A stretch of 45,584 nucleotides of DNA from Verrucomicrobiota bacterium. GTDB taxonomy: Bacteria; Verrucomicrobiota; Verrucomicrobiia; Limisphaerales; JADJPG01. The notes under the pieces are model-generated. The model did no database searches, had not been told where the DNA came from, and was given only the letters and a program-made list of their open reading frames with translations. The translations under genes and the position numbers were made by a program. Positions 9,552-20,753 of this stretch are shown piece after piece. The stretch's first letter is position 1, and every line of letters starts with the position of its first letter. The DNA lies in contig JBEEGQ010000219.1 in assembly GCA_041166945.1 (NCBI GenBank), positions 1 to 45,584 on the forward strand, given 5' to 3'.

Positions 9552-9579
9552 AGTCTAACGGTGAAAGCCGAGTCGTCAA
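9552..9579 (-). promoter_or_regulatory. Putative sigma-70 promoter upstream of the MFS leader region
   Basis: Minus strand TTGACG (9579-9574)-N16-TAGACT (9557-9552), 7 nt before the ATG at 9544. Confidence 0.4.
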
Positions 9580-9686
9580 GAAACGGGACGGGTCCGAAGG
9601 CGCTTTTGACAGTCAGAGCGCGAGGGATGAAAAGGATCCGAGGTTCGTGCGAACGCCGAAGCGGTTTGAAAAGCCCCCGCCACGGA

Positions 9687-10598
9687 TTATCGGGGCTCGT
9701 CGTCGATTTTCAAAAGCCCGGCCCGATCGAGCCTCGTGATCTCCGCGGTGTAGCCCTGACGGAAATTCGGGTACTTGAGCGGCACACCGAGTTCCATTTT
9801 TAATTTGCGATTACTGACCCGTTTGTTGGTGCGGCCCCGCTTTCGATCCGCCGTCTCCGAAGGGGGCGCGGCAGGCGGCATCCATTTTCCAAGCGTTTCG
9901 GAAAGCCACCTGAAAAAATGGACCTGCGCGACCGGCTCGTCATCCACGACGTTGTAGATCTCGCCGGGCCGCCCATTTTTCAAAGCAGCGATGATGGCTG
10001 TGACGAGGTCATCGCGATGGATCATGTTGATGAGACGCTCCCCCTTCCCGGCGAGCCGGGCCTCGTTCCGGAGATACTGAAGGAAAAGATGCCCTCGATC
10101 AGGTCCATAGATGCCCGCGACCCGCAGGATGACCGCGGGAAATTTCAGCGCCACGGCCGCGTCGAGCAGCAGCCGTTCGGTTTCGACGAGCAACTGGCTC
10201 GTGGGATTTTGCGGCGCGACCAGCGAATCCTCCTTCACGAGTTCGCCATCGACCTGCCCATAAACACTGGTGCTGCCGGTGTAAACGAACTTCTTCAAGG
10301 GGACCGACTGGAGCCATTCGATCAAATGGCGGGTGCCGTTCAGGTAAACTTCGCGGTATTCCTCCACGCCACCTTTGTTCGAGGAAACCGTATTGACGAC
10401 CCAATCGAACGGACCCGGCAAACGGGCCAGGTCTTCGGGACGGGTGATGTCGGCGATGACCGGCTCGATTCCCGCGGCCCTAAGTTCCACCGAGGCGGAG
10501 TCGGTGCGACGGAGGCCGACGACGTGATGTCCCTGCTTTACGAGCTCGCCCCCCAGGGGCAGGCCGACGTAACCGCACCCGACAATCAAGACGCGCAT
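9687..10598 (-). CDS. NAD-dependent epimerase/dehydratase (extended/atypical SDR, YeeZ-like)
   Basis: MRVLIVGCGYVG Rossmann motif, TGSTSVYG, LRVAGIYGP, IHRDDL, KRVSNRKL; ATG at 10598. Confidence 0.88.
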   Translation of the reverse strand: MRVLIVGCGYVGLPLGGELVKQGHHVVGLRRTDSASVELRAAGIEPVIADITRPEDLARLPGPFDWVVNTVSSNKGGVEEYREVYLNGTRHLIEWLQSVPLKKFVYTGSTSVYGQVDGELVKEDSLVAPQNPTSQLLVETERLLLDAAVALKFPAVILRVAGIYGPDRGHLFLQYLRNEARLAGKGERLINMIHRDDLVTAIIAALKNGRPGEIYNVVDDEPVAQVHFFRWLSETLGKWMPPAAPPSETADRKRGRTNKRVSNRKLKMELGVPLKYPNFRQGYTAEITRLDRAGLLKIDDEPR

Positions 10599-10707
10599 TT
10601 CCGGAGTTAACCGAAACCGAGGAGCGGGTGCGAGAGCAGAACGGTGCGGGCCGGGCGCAAAGAGGCTTTGTGTCAGCCGGTGGTGGCTGTTAAGCTGCCC
10701 ATTCGAC

Positions 10708-13254
<2,547 letters not shown>

Positions 13255-13480
13255 TGGGCAGACGGGAACGGCTGCCGGACCCAACAGGGCCGGGGTAAAA
13301 TAGAATTTGAGGATTTGGATTTCCGGTTCGATAACCACCCCGGCAGGATTGAATTTGGCGGATGAGGCTGGCGCTGTCCCAAAGCGATCCACCGGCTGTG
13401 TAGAAAAGAGGCTAAAGAAAACTCCCTAATCGGCCGAAGTCTTTTGGGAACAGAGACCACCTTGATGCTGTGAACAGGTC

Positions 13481-13536
13481 TGGAAACAGGAATGCCATTC
13501 CTGGGGCGCCGGAAGACCGGTGGCCCGGGTGGTGCT
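13481..13536 (+). promoter_or_regulatory. Two candidate sigma-54 (-24/-12) promoters upstream of the pilC-like gene
   Basis: TGGAAACAGGAATGC (13481-13495) and TGGCCCGGGTGGTGC (13521-13535) both have GG-N10-GC spacing. Confidence 0.35.
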
Positions 13537-13567
13537 AACGAGCCAACGTCGGTCGAGAATTTTAGCT

Positions 13568-14782
13568 ATGCCGTCATTCAGTTACGTTGCGCGGGAAGCG
13601 GGAAGCGGGCGGGAAATCCGCAGCACGCTTGAGGCTCAAAACGAGCAGGCGGCCATCGCCGCGCTGCTCAACCGGAATTTGCTGGTCCTGTCCATCCAGG
13701 AAAAGATCGGCCGCAAGGGCAAGACCGCCGGCGGCTCCGTCGCCCTGGCCGACCTCGTCATTTTCACCCGCCAGCTCGCGACCATGATCGATGCCGGTTT
13801 GGCCATGGTCCAATCGCTCCAAGCCCTTGCCGACCAGACGACCAACAAGGTCATGCGGGATACCATCAAGGATGTCTGCACACGGGTCGAGGGCGGCGAC
13901 AGCTTCTCCGAGGCGCTTGTCAAACATCCCAAGACCTTCAACAAACTTTACGTCTGCATGGTTGGCGCCGGCGAACGCGGCGGTCTGCTGGCGGAAATTC
14001 TTTCGCGACTAGCCACCTACCTCGAAAACACCGCCAAGCTCCGCAAGAAGGTCAAGTCGGCGATGATGTATCCGACGGCCGTCACGATCGTCGCGATCGG
14101 GATCACCATCTTTCTGCTCGTAAAAGTGGTGCCGGTGTTCGGGGACGTTTACAAAAGCTTCGGCTCCCATCTCCCGGGCCCGACCCAGTTCCTGATCAAC
14201 ATCAGCAACCTGGTGAAGTCGTATCTTGTCTACCTGCTGGCGGCCGTGGTGGCGATCGGATACGCATGGTTCTCGTGGATCAAAACCAAAAGAGGCCGCG
14301 AATTCTGGGACAGCACGCGCATTAAGCTCCCCATTTTTGGTTCCATCGCCCACAAAATCTGCCTGGCCCGTTTCACGCGCACCCTCGCCTCCCTGGTCCG
14401 CTCGGGCGTCCCGATCCTCGAAGTCCTTCAAATCGTCTCCAACACCGTCGGCAACGTCGTCATGGAAAAAGCCGTGCGCGCCGCCGCAACGGATATCGAG
14501 CGCGGCGAGGGCATCTCGGTCGCCCTCGGCAAGCACCCGGTTTTCCCCGTGATGATCATTCGAATGGTGACGGCTGGCGAACAGACCGGCAAAATCGAGA
14601 ACATGCTCGAGCGCATCTCCGACTTCCTGGATGATGAAATCGAAACGACGCTGGGCGGGCTCACGTCGCTTATCGAGCCGCTCCTCATCGTTTTCCTCGG
14701 AGTCACTGTCGGCGGCATCGCCGTCTGCATGTTCCTGCCCATCTTCAAGATGAGCGAGATCATCAATCCGACCGGCCGCTAG
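13568..14782 (+). CDS. pilC: Type IV pilus/T2SS inner-membrane platform protein (GspF/PilC family)
   Basis: FTRQLATMIDAGL, AGERGG, KSAMMYP, RFTRTLASLVRSGVPIL, GEQTG, LIEPLLI, FLPIF; ATG at 13568. Confidence 0.9.
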   Translation: MPSFSYVAREAGSGREIRSTLEAQNEQAAIAALLNRNLLVLSIQEKIGRKGKTAGGSVALADLVIFTRQLATMIDAGLAMVQSLQALADQTTNKVMRDTIKDVCTRVEGGDSFSEALVKHPKTFNKLYVCMVGAGERGGLLAEILSRLATYLENTAKLRKKVKSAMMYPTAVTIVAIGITIFLLVKVVPVFGDVYKSFGSHLPGPTQFLINISNLVKSYLVYLLAAVVAIGYAWFSWIKTKRGREFWDSTRIKLPIFGSIAHKICLARFTRTLASLVRSGVPILEVLQIVSNTVGNVVMEKAVRAAATDIERGEGISVALGKHPVFPVMIIRMVTAGEQTGKIENMLERISDFLDDEIETTLGGLTSLIEPLLIVFLGVTVGGIAVCMFLPIFKMSEIINPTGR

Positions 14783-14880
14783 ACGCAGACGTCGGGGTCG
14801 TGCCAAAATCGAACGCGTTCAATCGAACGATCAGTTGGCGTCTGGTTACCTCGACTGCCACGGCTTAAATCGACGACGAT

Positions 14881-16665
14881 TCACGGGCCCAGGTGCTCGA
14901 AAAGACCTGGCGCCACTCCACGGACCAGCTTTTGGCAACGAGCCAGGATCTCCGCACCCGATTCGCATTCGAGCGCAAACGCCGCCAGCACCTCGGCCTC
15001 CTTCAACTTAAGGCGGCGAATCAGATATTTAAGCTGGGGGACGACAGACGGCGCGGCGCTGAGTTCGGTCACTCCCAAGCCCAGCAGCAGAGGCGTTAAA
15101 ACCGGGTCACCGGCCATCTCACCACAGACGCCCGTCCAAACCCCATGCCGCAGGCCCGCGTCGGCAGTCATTTTGATGAGCCGGACGATCGCGGGGTGGG
15201 TGGGTTCGTAAAGGTGGGCGATCTTGGCGTTGAGCCGATCGACGGCGAGGGAGTACTGGATGAGATCGTTGGTGCCGATGCTGAAAAAACGGACGCGCTT
15301 GGCGAGTGCTCCGGCGGCGAGGGCGGCGCTGGGAATCTCGATCATGGCGCCGACTTCGATGTCGGGATCGTACGCCACGCCCTCGCGATCCAGCTCGATC
15401 TTGAGTTCCTCGAGGAACGCATTGGCCTGGTTCAGCTCATCGAGGCCGGAGATCATCGGATACATGATCTTGATGTTGCCCTCGATGCTGGCGCGGAGAA
15501 TGGCGCGGAGCTGAGCCCGAAAAATCGCGCGTTCCTCGAGGCAAAAACGAATGGCTCGCCAGCCGAGGAACGGGTTCATCTCCTGCGGCACATTGAGGTG
15601 TGAAAGAAACTTGTCCCCGCCGAGATCGAGCGTGCGAATGATCACCGCGGCGGGTTTCAGGGCAGCCGCCACCTGTCGGTAGGCGCAGAATTGTTCCTCT
15701 TCGTTGGGCAGTGTGTCGCGGTTGATGAACAGATATTCAGTGCGAAAAAGGCCCACGCCCTCGGCCCCGCTGGCGATAACGGCGTCCGTGTCCGACGGCT
15801 GCTCCACGTTGGCGGAGAGCGTGACATGCGCGCCGTCGAGGGTGATGGCGGGCTTATCGAGGGTGTCCTTGAGTTTTTCGGCGAAATTGACGTGCCGCCG
15901 CACGAGCTGGCCGTATTCGAACAGCGTCTGATCAGTAGGATTGATGACGAGCTGCCCGTTGAAACCGTCGAGCAGCGCGTAATGGCCGCTCACCAGTTCG
16001 CGGGTCGCGGCCTGCAAACCCACCACCGCCGGGATGCGCAGCGAACGCGCCATGATGGCCGTATGCGATGTCCGGCTGCCGGCATCGGTCGCAAATCCCA
16101 GCACCATTTTTTTGTCGAGCTGCGCGGTCTGCGTCGGGGTCAGGTCCTGGGCAATGATGATGCACGGTTCCTTGAGGCGATGCAGGACGCCCTCCTCGGT
16201 GCGGCCGAGGAGATGATTCAACACCCGGGACGTCACATCGCGCATGTCAGTCGAACGCTCGCGCAGATATTCGTCGTGGATCGCCGCCAGCGTGCGGGCG
16301 AATTTCTCCGCGGTCTGCTTGAAGGCGTATTCAGCGGTGACATGTTGCTCGTTGATGAGTTTTGTCACCTCATCGAGCAGCATCGGATCATCGAGGACCA
16401 TCAGATGCGCATCAAAAATGCTGGCATCCTGGGCGCCGAGGCCCTTGCTCACCTGGCGCTGAACTTCCTGGATCTCGCGGCGGGTATCGATGAGGGCCTG
16501 CTGGAGGCGTTGCAATTGTGCCGGGGCTTCGCGCGCGGGCAGTTCGTGGCGGAGAATGACGTTATCCTGGGGGTGACTGAGGACGACGATGCGCCCGCGG
16601 CAGACGCCCGTTGAAACCGGGATGCCGCGCAGAACGCGCTCATTAGACCCCGCCACGTGTGGCAT
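14881..16665 (-). CDS. ptsI: Phosphoenolpyruvate-protein phosphotransferase (PTS Enzyme I)
   Basis: TSHTAIMAR phospho-His, GVGLFRTE, RTLDLGGDK, NPFLGWR, SIGTNDLIQY, GVCGEMAG; no N-terminal GAF domain. Confidence 0.95.
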   Translation of the reverse strand: MPHVAGSNERVLRGIPVSTGVCRGRIVVLSHPQDNVILRHELPAREAPAQLQRLQQALIDTRREIQEVQRQVSKGLGAQDASIFDAHLMVLDDPMLLDEVTKLINEQHVTAEYAFKQTAEKFARTLAAIHDEYLRERSTDMRDVTSRVLNHLLGRTEEGVLHRLKEPCIIIAQDLTPTQTAQLDKKMVLGFATDAGSRTSHTAIMARSLRIPAVVGLQAATRELVSGHYALLDGFNGQLVINPTDQTLFEYGQLVRRHVNFAEKLKDTLDKPAITLDGAHVTLSANVEQPSDTDAVIASGAEGVGLFRTEYLFINRDTLPNEEEQFCAYRQVAAALKPAAVIIRTLDLGGDKFLSHLNVPQEMNPFLGWRAIRFCLEERAIFRAQLRAILRASIEGNIKIMYPMISGLDELNQANAFLEELKIELDREGVAYDPDIEVGAMIEIPSAALAAGALAKRVRFFSIGTNDLIQYSLAVDRLNAKIAHLYEPTHPAIVRLIKMTADAGLRHGVWTGVCGEMAGDPVLTPLLLGLGVTELSAAPSVVPQLKYLIRRLKLKEAEVLAAFALECESGAEILARCQKLVRGVAPGLFEHLGP

Positions 16666-16735
16666 GGCGAAGTCTTACATGCCGATGGCAGCATTGAAAA
16701 GATGTAAACGCGCGTTTACCCAACCCTTGACGAAC

Positions 16736-16806
16736 GTGCCCCTTTTCAGGGCGCCCTCAGTTGCGTGGAGCGGGGTCCCGGACGCCCTGAAGGGTCGACA
16801 CCGAAC
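16736..16806. repeat. Degenerate inverted pair of family-1 REP-like units
   Basis: GACGCCCTGAAGGGTCGACACCGAAC (16781-16806) aligns with GACACCCTAAAGGGTGGACACCGAAC; opposite-orientation remnant GTGCCCCTTTTCAGGGCGCC at 16736-16755. Confidence 0.6.
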
Positions 16807-16846
16807 AGGGCGCCGCACCCTCGGTCGAGGAGAGAACGAACAATTT

Positions 16847-17521
16847 TCAGGTGGCGCTGGCGCCGGTCCTGGACCGGTTGACGGCCACCATTCCCAGGCC
16901 GCCGGCGATAAGAAAGCCGACGAGCAGCAATCCCACGCTCTGTGTCAAATTGGGCTTTCCGCCATCGGCCAGCACGATGAAGTTGGGGGCGAGATTTTTT
17001 TGGAGACCGCCCAGTTTGCCCGCTTCGTTGCCGCTTTGGATCCCGAAGCGGACCAGGCCGGAGACCTGACGCTGCTGCTTCAGTTCGGATTTATGGTTGA
17101 CCACAAATTTCGCCATTCCGGTTTCATCCTTTACGTTTCGCAACTCTTCGAGGAGCGCCAGAGTGGATGGATCGGTGGTGGCCAGGACGGCGAAACATCG
17201 GTCGCTCAGCGATTGGCCGGGCGCGCGCAAGGGGATGTAACCTTCGGTGATATGACCGCCCGAGGCAGGCTCGTATTTTGAGCGGCGGATTTTCCAGGCG
17301 GCGTCATAGATGGCGAGCTCGGCATTTGTCAGGACTAGCCAATGGGCCGAAGGGCGGCCGTGGACCAGATCCGCCATGCCCAGCTGCACGGGCCGGCGAT
17401 TTCGAAGGGAGGTATAGACCCCCTGGCCGCCATACCAGAAGGCCGCGCCCATCGCGATGACGAGAGCGAAGAGAATCCGGATGTTGCCAGCTTGAGGCTT
17501 TCCGAGCGTCGACATTTTCAT
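16847..17521 (-). CDS. Hypothetical membrane protein (TM - extracytoplasmic domain - TM)
   Basis: Hydrophobic segments near both ends (ILFALVIAMGAAFWY; VGLLLVGFLIAGGLGMVAV); fills the ptsI-moxR gap; start at 17521 or 17515. Confidence 0.65.
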   Translation of the reverse strand: MKMSTLGKPQAGNIRILFALVIAMGAAFWYGGQGVYTSLRNRRPVQLGMADLVHGRPSAHWLVLTNAELAIYDAAWKIRRSKYEPASGGHITEGYIPLRAPGQSLSDRCFAVLATTDPSTLALLEELRNVKDETGMAKFVVNHKSELKQQRQVSGLVRFGIQSGNEAGKLGGLQKNLAPNFIVLADGGKPNLTQSVGLLLVGFLIAGGLGMVAVNRSRTGASAT

Positions 17522-17689
17522 GATTTGAGTTTCCCATTGCCGGATTTCCCGTGCGCATCGCAGGGTTGCCCGACACAGAAAGAATCGACTTCTGGCTCGA
17601 AAAACTTTAAGCCTCCGCTCACTTTTTCCTCGCCGCCCGTTCAGCGAGCTTCCATCAATAGGCCGCACGAACCGAACCCAGGAACCATC

Positions 17690-18706
17690 GTGGAAGCATC
17701 AACCAGCCCTATTTCCGAAAAGCAGACCGTCGAACAGCTCGTCGCGGGCCGCACTCGTATCCGCGCCGAGCTGGGAAAGGTCATCATCGGGCAGGATCCT
17801 GTCATCGAACAGATGCTGATCGCCCTGTTCGCCGGAGGACATTGTCTCATCACCGGCGCGCCCGGCCTGGCAAAGACGCTCCTGGTCAAATCATTGGCCC
17901 AAATTTTTCATCTTAAATTCCAGCGGATCCAATTCACCCCCGACCTGATGCCCGCGGACATTACCGGGACGGAGATATTGCAGGATGGCGCCGAGGGCAG
18001 GCGACTGCGGTTCCTGCCTGGCCCGATCTTCGCGAACATGATCCTGGCGGATGAGATCAATCGCACGCCGCCCAAGACGCAGGCGGCCCTCCTCGAGGCG
18101 ATGCAGGAACATCAAGTCACCGCCGCCGGTGTCCGTCATGTGCTGCCGGAACCCTTCTTCGTCCTGGCGACACAGAACCCCATCGAAATGGAGGGCACTT
18201 ATCCCCTGCCCGAGGCGCAGTTGGACCGGTTCATGTTCAATGTGGTGATCGATTATCTTCCCGAAAATGACGAGGTCGCGGTGGTCACCCAGACGACCTC
18301 GAAGGCTCCGGCAGCCATCGAGCCATTATTCACCGGTGAGGATGTGCTGCGCTTTCACGAGGTGGTTCGCAAGGTTCCGATCGCCGAGGACATCGCCCGT
18401 TATGCCGTCCGGCTTTCGGCGGCATCCAGACCCAAGCAAACGAATTCGCCCGATTTCGTGAACGAATGGGTCAGCTGGGGCGCCGGGACCCGCGCGGGAC
18501 AATTCCTGGTGCTCGGAGGAAAGGTGCGCGCCCTGCTCAATGGCCGCGCGCACGTGACAGCCGATGACATTCGCGCGCTGGCCCACCCGGTGTTGCGCCA
18601 TCGCATTCTCATCAACTACCGGGCGGAGGCTGAAGGCATATCGGTCGAGAAGGTCATCGACCGGCTTCTGGAATCGACAAAGCCGCTCGGGGCCGCGGCC
18701 CACTAA
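17690..18706 (+). CDS. MoxR-family AAA+ ATPase
   Basis: GAPGLAKT Walker A, RIQFTPDLMPADITG, LADEINR Walker B, ATQNPIEMEGTYPLPEAQLDRF; GTG start at 17690 inferred. Confidence 0.93.
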   Translation: MEASTSPISEKQTVEQLVAGRTRIRAELGKVIIGQDPVIEQMLIALFAGGHCLITGAPGLAKTLLVKSLAQIFHLKFQRIQFTPDLMPADITGTEILQDGAEGRRLRFLPGPIFANMILADEINRTPPKTQAALLEAMQEHQVTAAGVRHVLPEPFFVLATQNPIEMEGTYPLPEAQLDRFMFNVVIDYLPENDEVAVVTQTTSKAPAAIEPLFTGEDVLRFHEVVRKVPIAEDIARYAVRLSAASRPKQTNSPDFVNEWVSWGAGTRAGQFLVLGGKVRALLNGRAHVTADDIRALAHPVLRHRILINYRAEAEGISVEKVIDRLLESTKPLGAAAH

Positions 18707-18771
18707 ATGGCTCACGCCGGACCCCTGTCACTCCTTCTCAGACTGCGAAAGCCGGGCGGCCCACCCTCGCG

Positions 18772-20106
18772 ATGAACATCGTCCAGATCACGCCTGGGGC
18801 TGGCGCGATGTATTGCGGCGGTTGCTTTCGCGACAACGCGCTGGTGGCCGAACTTCGCCGCGCAGGCCACGAGGCACTCATGGTGCCGCTCTACCTGCCA
18901 CTCACGCTCGACGAACCGGATCAAAGCGCCCACACCCGCCTGTTCTTCGGCGGCATCAATGTTTATCTCGAACAAAAATATCCCTGGTTTCGACGCCTCC
19001 CCCGATGGGCATTGCGTCCTCTCGAATCGCGGATGTTGCTCAAGTGGGTGACCGGTCGCGCGGCGCAAACCCGCGCAGCCGATGTCGGTGACCTCGTCCT
19101 TTCGATGATTCGCGGGGAGGAAGGGAACCAGGCGCGCGAACTCGAGGCGCTCATCGATTGGCTAAAAACACAGCCCCGCCCCGATGTCGTCTGTTTGTCC
19201 AACGCGCTCTTGGTGGGAATGGCCCGTCAAATCAAGGCCGCGCTCCAGGTGCCCATCGCCTGTCTTCTGGCCGGCGAAGACAATTTTCTCGACGGATTGC
19301 CCAGCCCCATTCGTGAACAGGCCTGGCAAATTCTGGCGGAACGTTGCCGTGAAGTGGACCTGTTCCTGCCGCCTTCCGATTATTTCGCTGAATTGATGAG
19401 CCGCCGTCTGCACTTGAAGCCGGAGCGGGTTCGAATGGCGCCCGAGGGGATCAACCTGGCTGGATTTACGGGGGCCAAATCGGCGATGCCCTATCCGGTC
19501 CTCGGCTATTTCGCCCGGCTCTGTCGCGAGAAAGGCCTCGATGTTTTGGTGGATGCCTTTATCGAGCTGAAGAAACGGGAGAGCGGGCGCGAGCTGCGCC
19601 TGCACGTGGGGGGCGGCTGCGGGCCGTCCGACGAACCTTTTGTCACCGAACAAAAACAAAAGTTGCGGGCCGCAGGTGTGCTCGACCACGTCCATTTTTT
19701 TCTGAACGTCGATCGCGATGAGAAGTTGGAATTTTTTCGCAAGCTGACCGTGTTCTCGACGCCGGCGCTGTACGGGGAGGCCTTCGGGCTTTACCTGCTG
19801 GAAGCGATGGCATCGGGGGTGCCGGTCGTCCAGCCGCGGCATGCGGCTTTCCCGGAAATCCTGGCGACAACGGGCGGCGGCGTGTTGTGTGATGCGGGCG
19901 ATGCCCGCGCCCTGGCGGATGCGATCGAACCGTTGCTGCTCGATCCGGCGCGCGCGCTCGAACTCGGCCGTCGCGGCCGCGAAGCTGTCGTCGCCCGCTT
20001 TGGCATCGATCAGATGGCGACACGAGTGGTGGCGGAGTTCACAGCGTTGAAAGCGCGGAGCTCAGGAAGGGGTTTTCCGATCGCCAACCAAGTGTCAGAT
20101 ATCTAA
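18772..20106 (+). CDS. Glycosyltransferase family 4 (GT-B) with N-terminal MYCGGC motif
   Basis: GYFARLCREKGLD and EAFGLYLLEAMASGVPVV (EX7E) motifs. Confidence 0.88.
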   Translation: MNIVQITPGAGAMYCGGCFRDNALVAELRRAGHEALMVPLYLPLTLDEPDQSAHTRLFFGGINVYLEQKYPWFRRLPRWALRPLESRMLLKWVTGRAAQTRAADVGDLVLSMIRGEEGNQARELEALIDWLKTQPRPDVVCLSNALLVGMARQIKAALQVPIACLLAGEDNFLDGLPSPIREQAWQILAERCREVDLFLPPSDYFAELMSRRLHLKPERVRMAPEGINLAGFTGAKSAMPYPVLGYFARLCREKGLDVLVDAFIELKKRESGRELRLHVGGGCGPSDEPFVTEQKQKLRAAGVLDHVHFFLNVDRDEKLEFFRKLTVFSTPALYGEAFGLYLLEAMASGVPVVQPRHAAFPEILATTGGGVLCDAGDARALADAIEPLLLDPARALELGRRGREAVVARFGIDQMATRVVAEFTALKARSSGRGFPIANQVSDI

Positions 20107-20116
20107 CCTGTTCAAC

Positions 20117-20563
20117 ATGGTTTACGAGTTCAAGGCGCGGCGACGCGTCGAATTCAGCGATACCGACATGGCCGGTATCATGCACTTCTCGAATTTCTTT
20201 CGCTTCATGGAGACGGCGGAGCATGGCTTTTTCCGCGCCATCGGATTTTCCATTTTTGATCGCGAACGCATCCCGCGCGTCGGGTGGCCGCGGGTTCACG
20301 CGTCGTGTGACTACCATAAGCCCTTGCGATTTGAGGATGAGGTGGAGATCCACCTGTTGGTGATCGAAAAACGGTCGAAGGCGCTCGCGTATCAATTCCG
20401 GTTTTACCGGGTGACGGCCAGCGGGCAGGAGGAGGTGGCGCGCGGCCGATTGACGGTGGTATGCGTCTCCCACGACAGCGAGGGTGCGATGCGGGCGACG
20501 GTGATTCCTGAGGACATTGCGTCAAAGATCGAACTCGCCCCGGGACGCTTGCTGGAGGGATGA
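20117..20563 (+). CDS. Acyl-CoA thioesterase (hotdog fold, 4HBT/YbgC-like)
   Basis: RVEFSDTDMAGIMHFSNFFRFME, CDYHKPLRFED. Confidence 0.88.
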   Translation: MVYEFKARRRVEFSDTDMAGIMHFSNFFRFMETAEHGFFRAIGFSIFDRERIPRVGWPRVHASCDYHKPLRFEDEVEIHLLVIEKRSKALAYQFRFYRVTASGQEEVARGRLTVVCVSHDSEGAMRATVIPEDIASKIELAPGRLLEG

Positions 20564-20753
20564 CGGCGCGTTTGCTCTTGCCTCCGCTGCCTGCGGCCGA
20601 AATGATCGCTTATGCCAAATGCCCGACCCGCTTCGCGGGTTCCAAGCCTGTCCGAAAAAAACGAGGGCAATCTCCACCGGCAGGATTCCGGTTCCACCCA
20701 AAAAGCCCGCGACGACTCGCGGCATATCTGACTCCGGCGTTCCCGGCCTGAAC

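Noticed and set aside
13255-13567. c-di-GMP or other riboswitch upstream of pilC, and GATTT(G/C) heptamer-like repeats near 13303-13324
   Set aside because: I could not find the conserved GEMM P1/P2 elements, and the heptamer run is only about three degenerate units; an Rfam scan would be decisive
20517-20753. Long N-terminal extension of hpt, or a separate 63-aa ORF at 20560-20751
   Set aside because: Low-complexity, basic/Pro-rich translation with no motif; cannot be supported from the sequence alone
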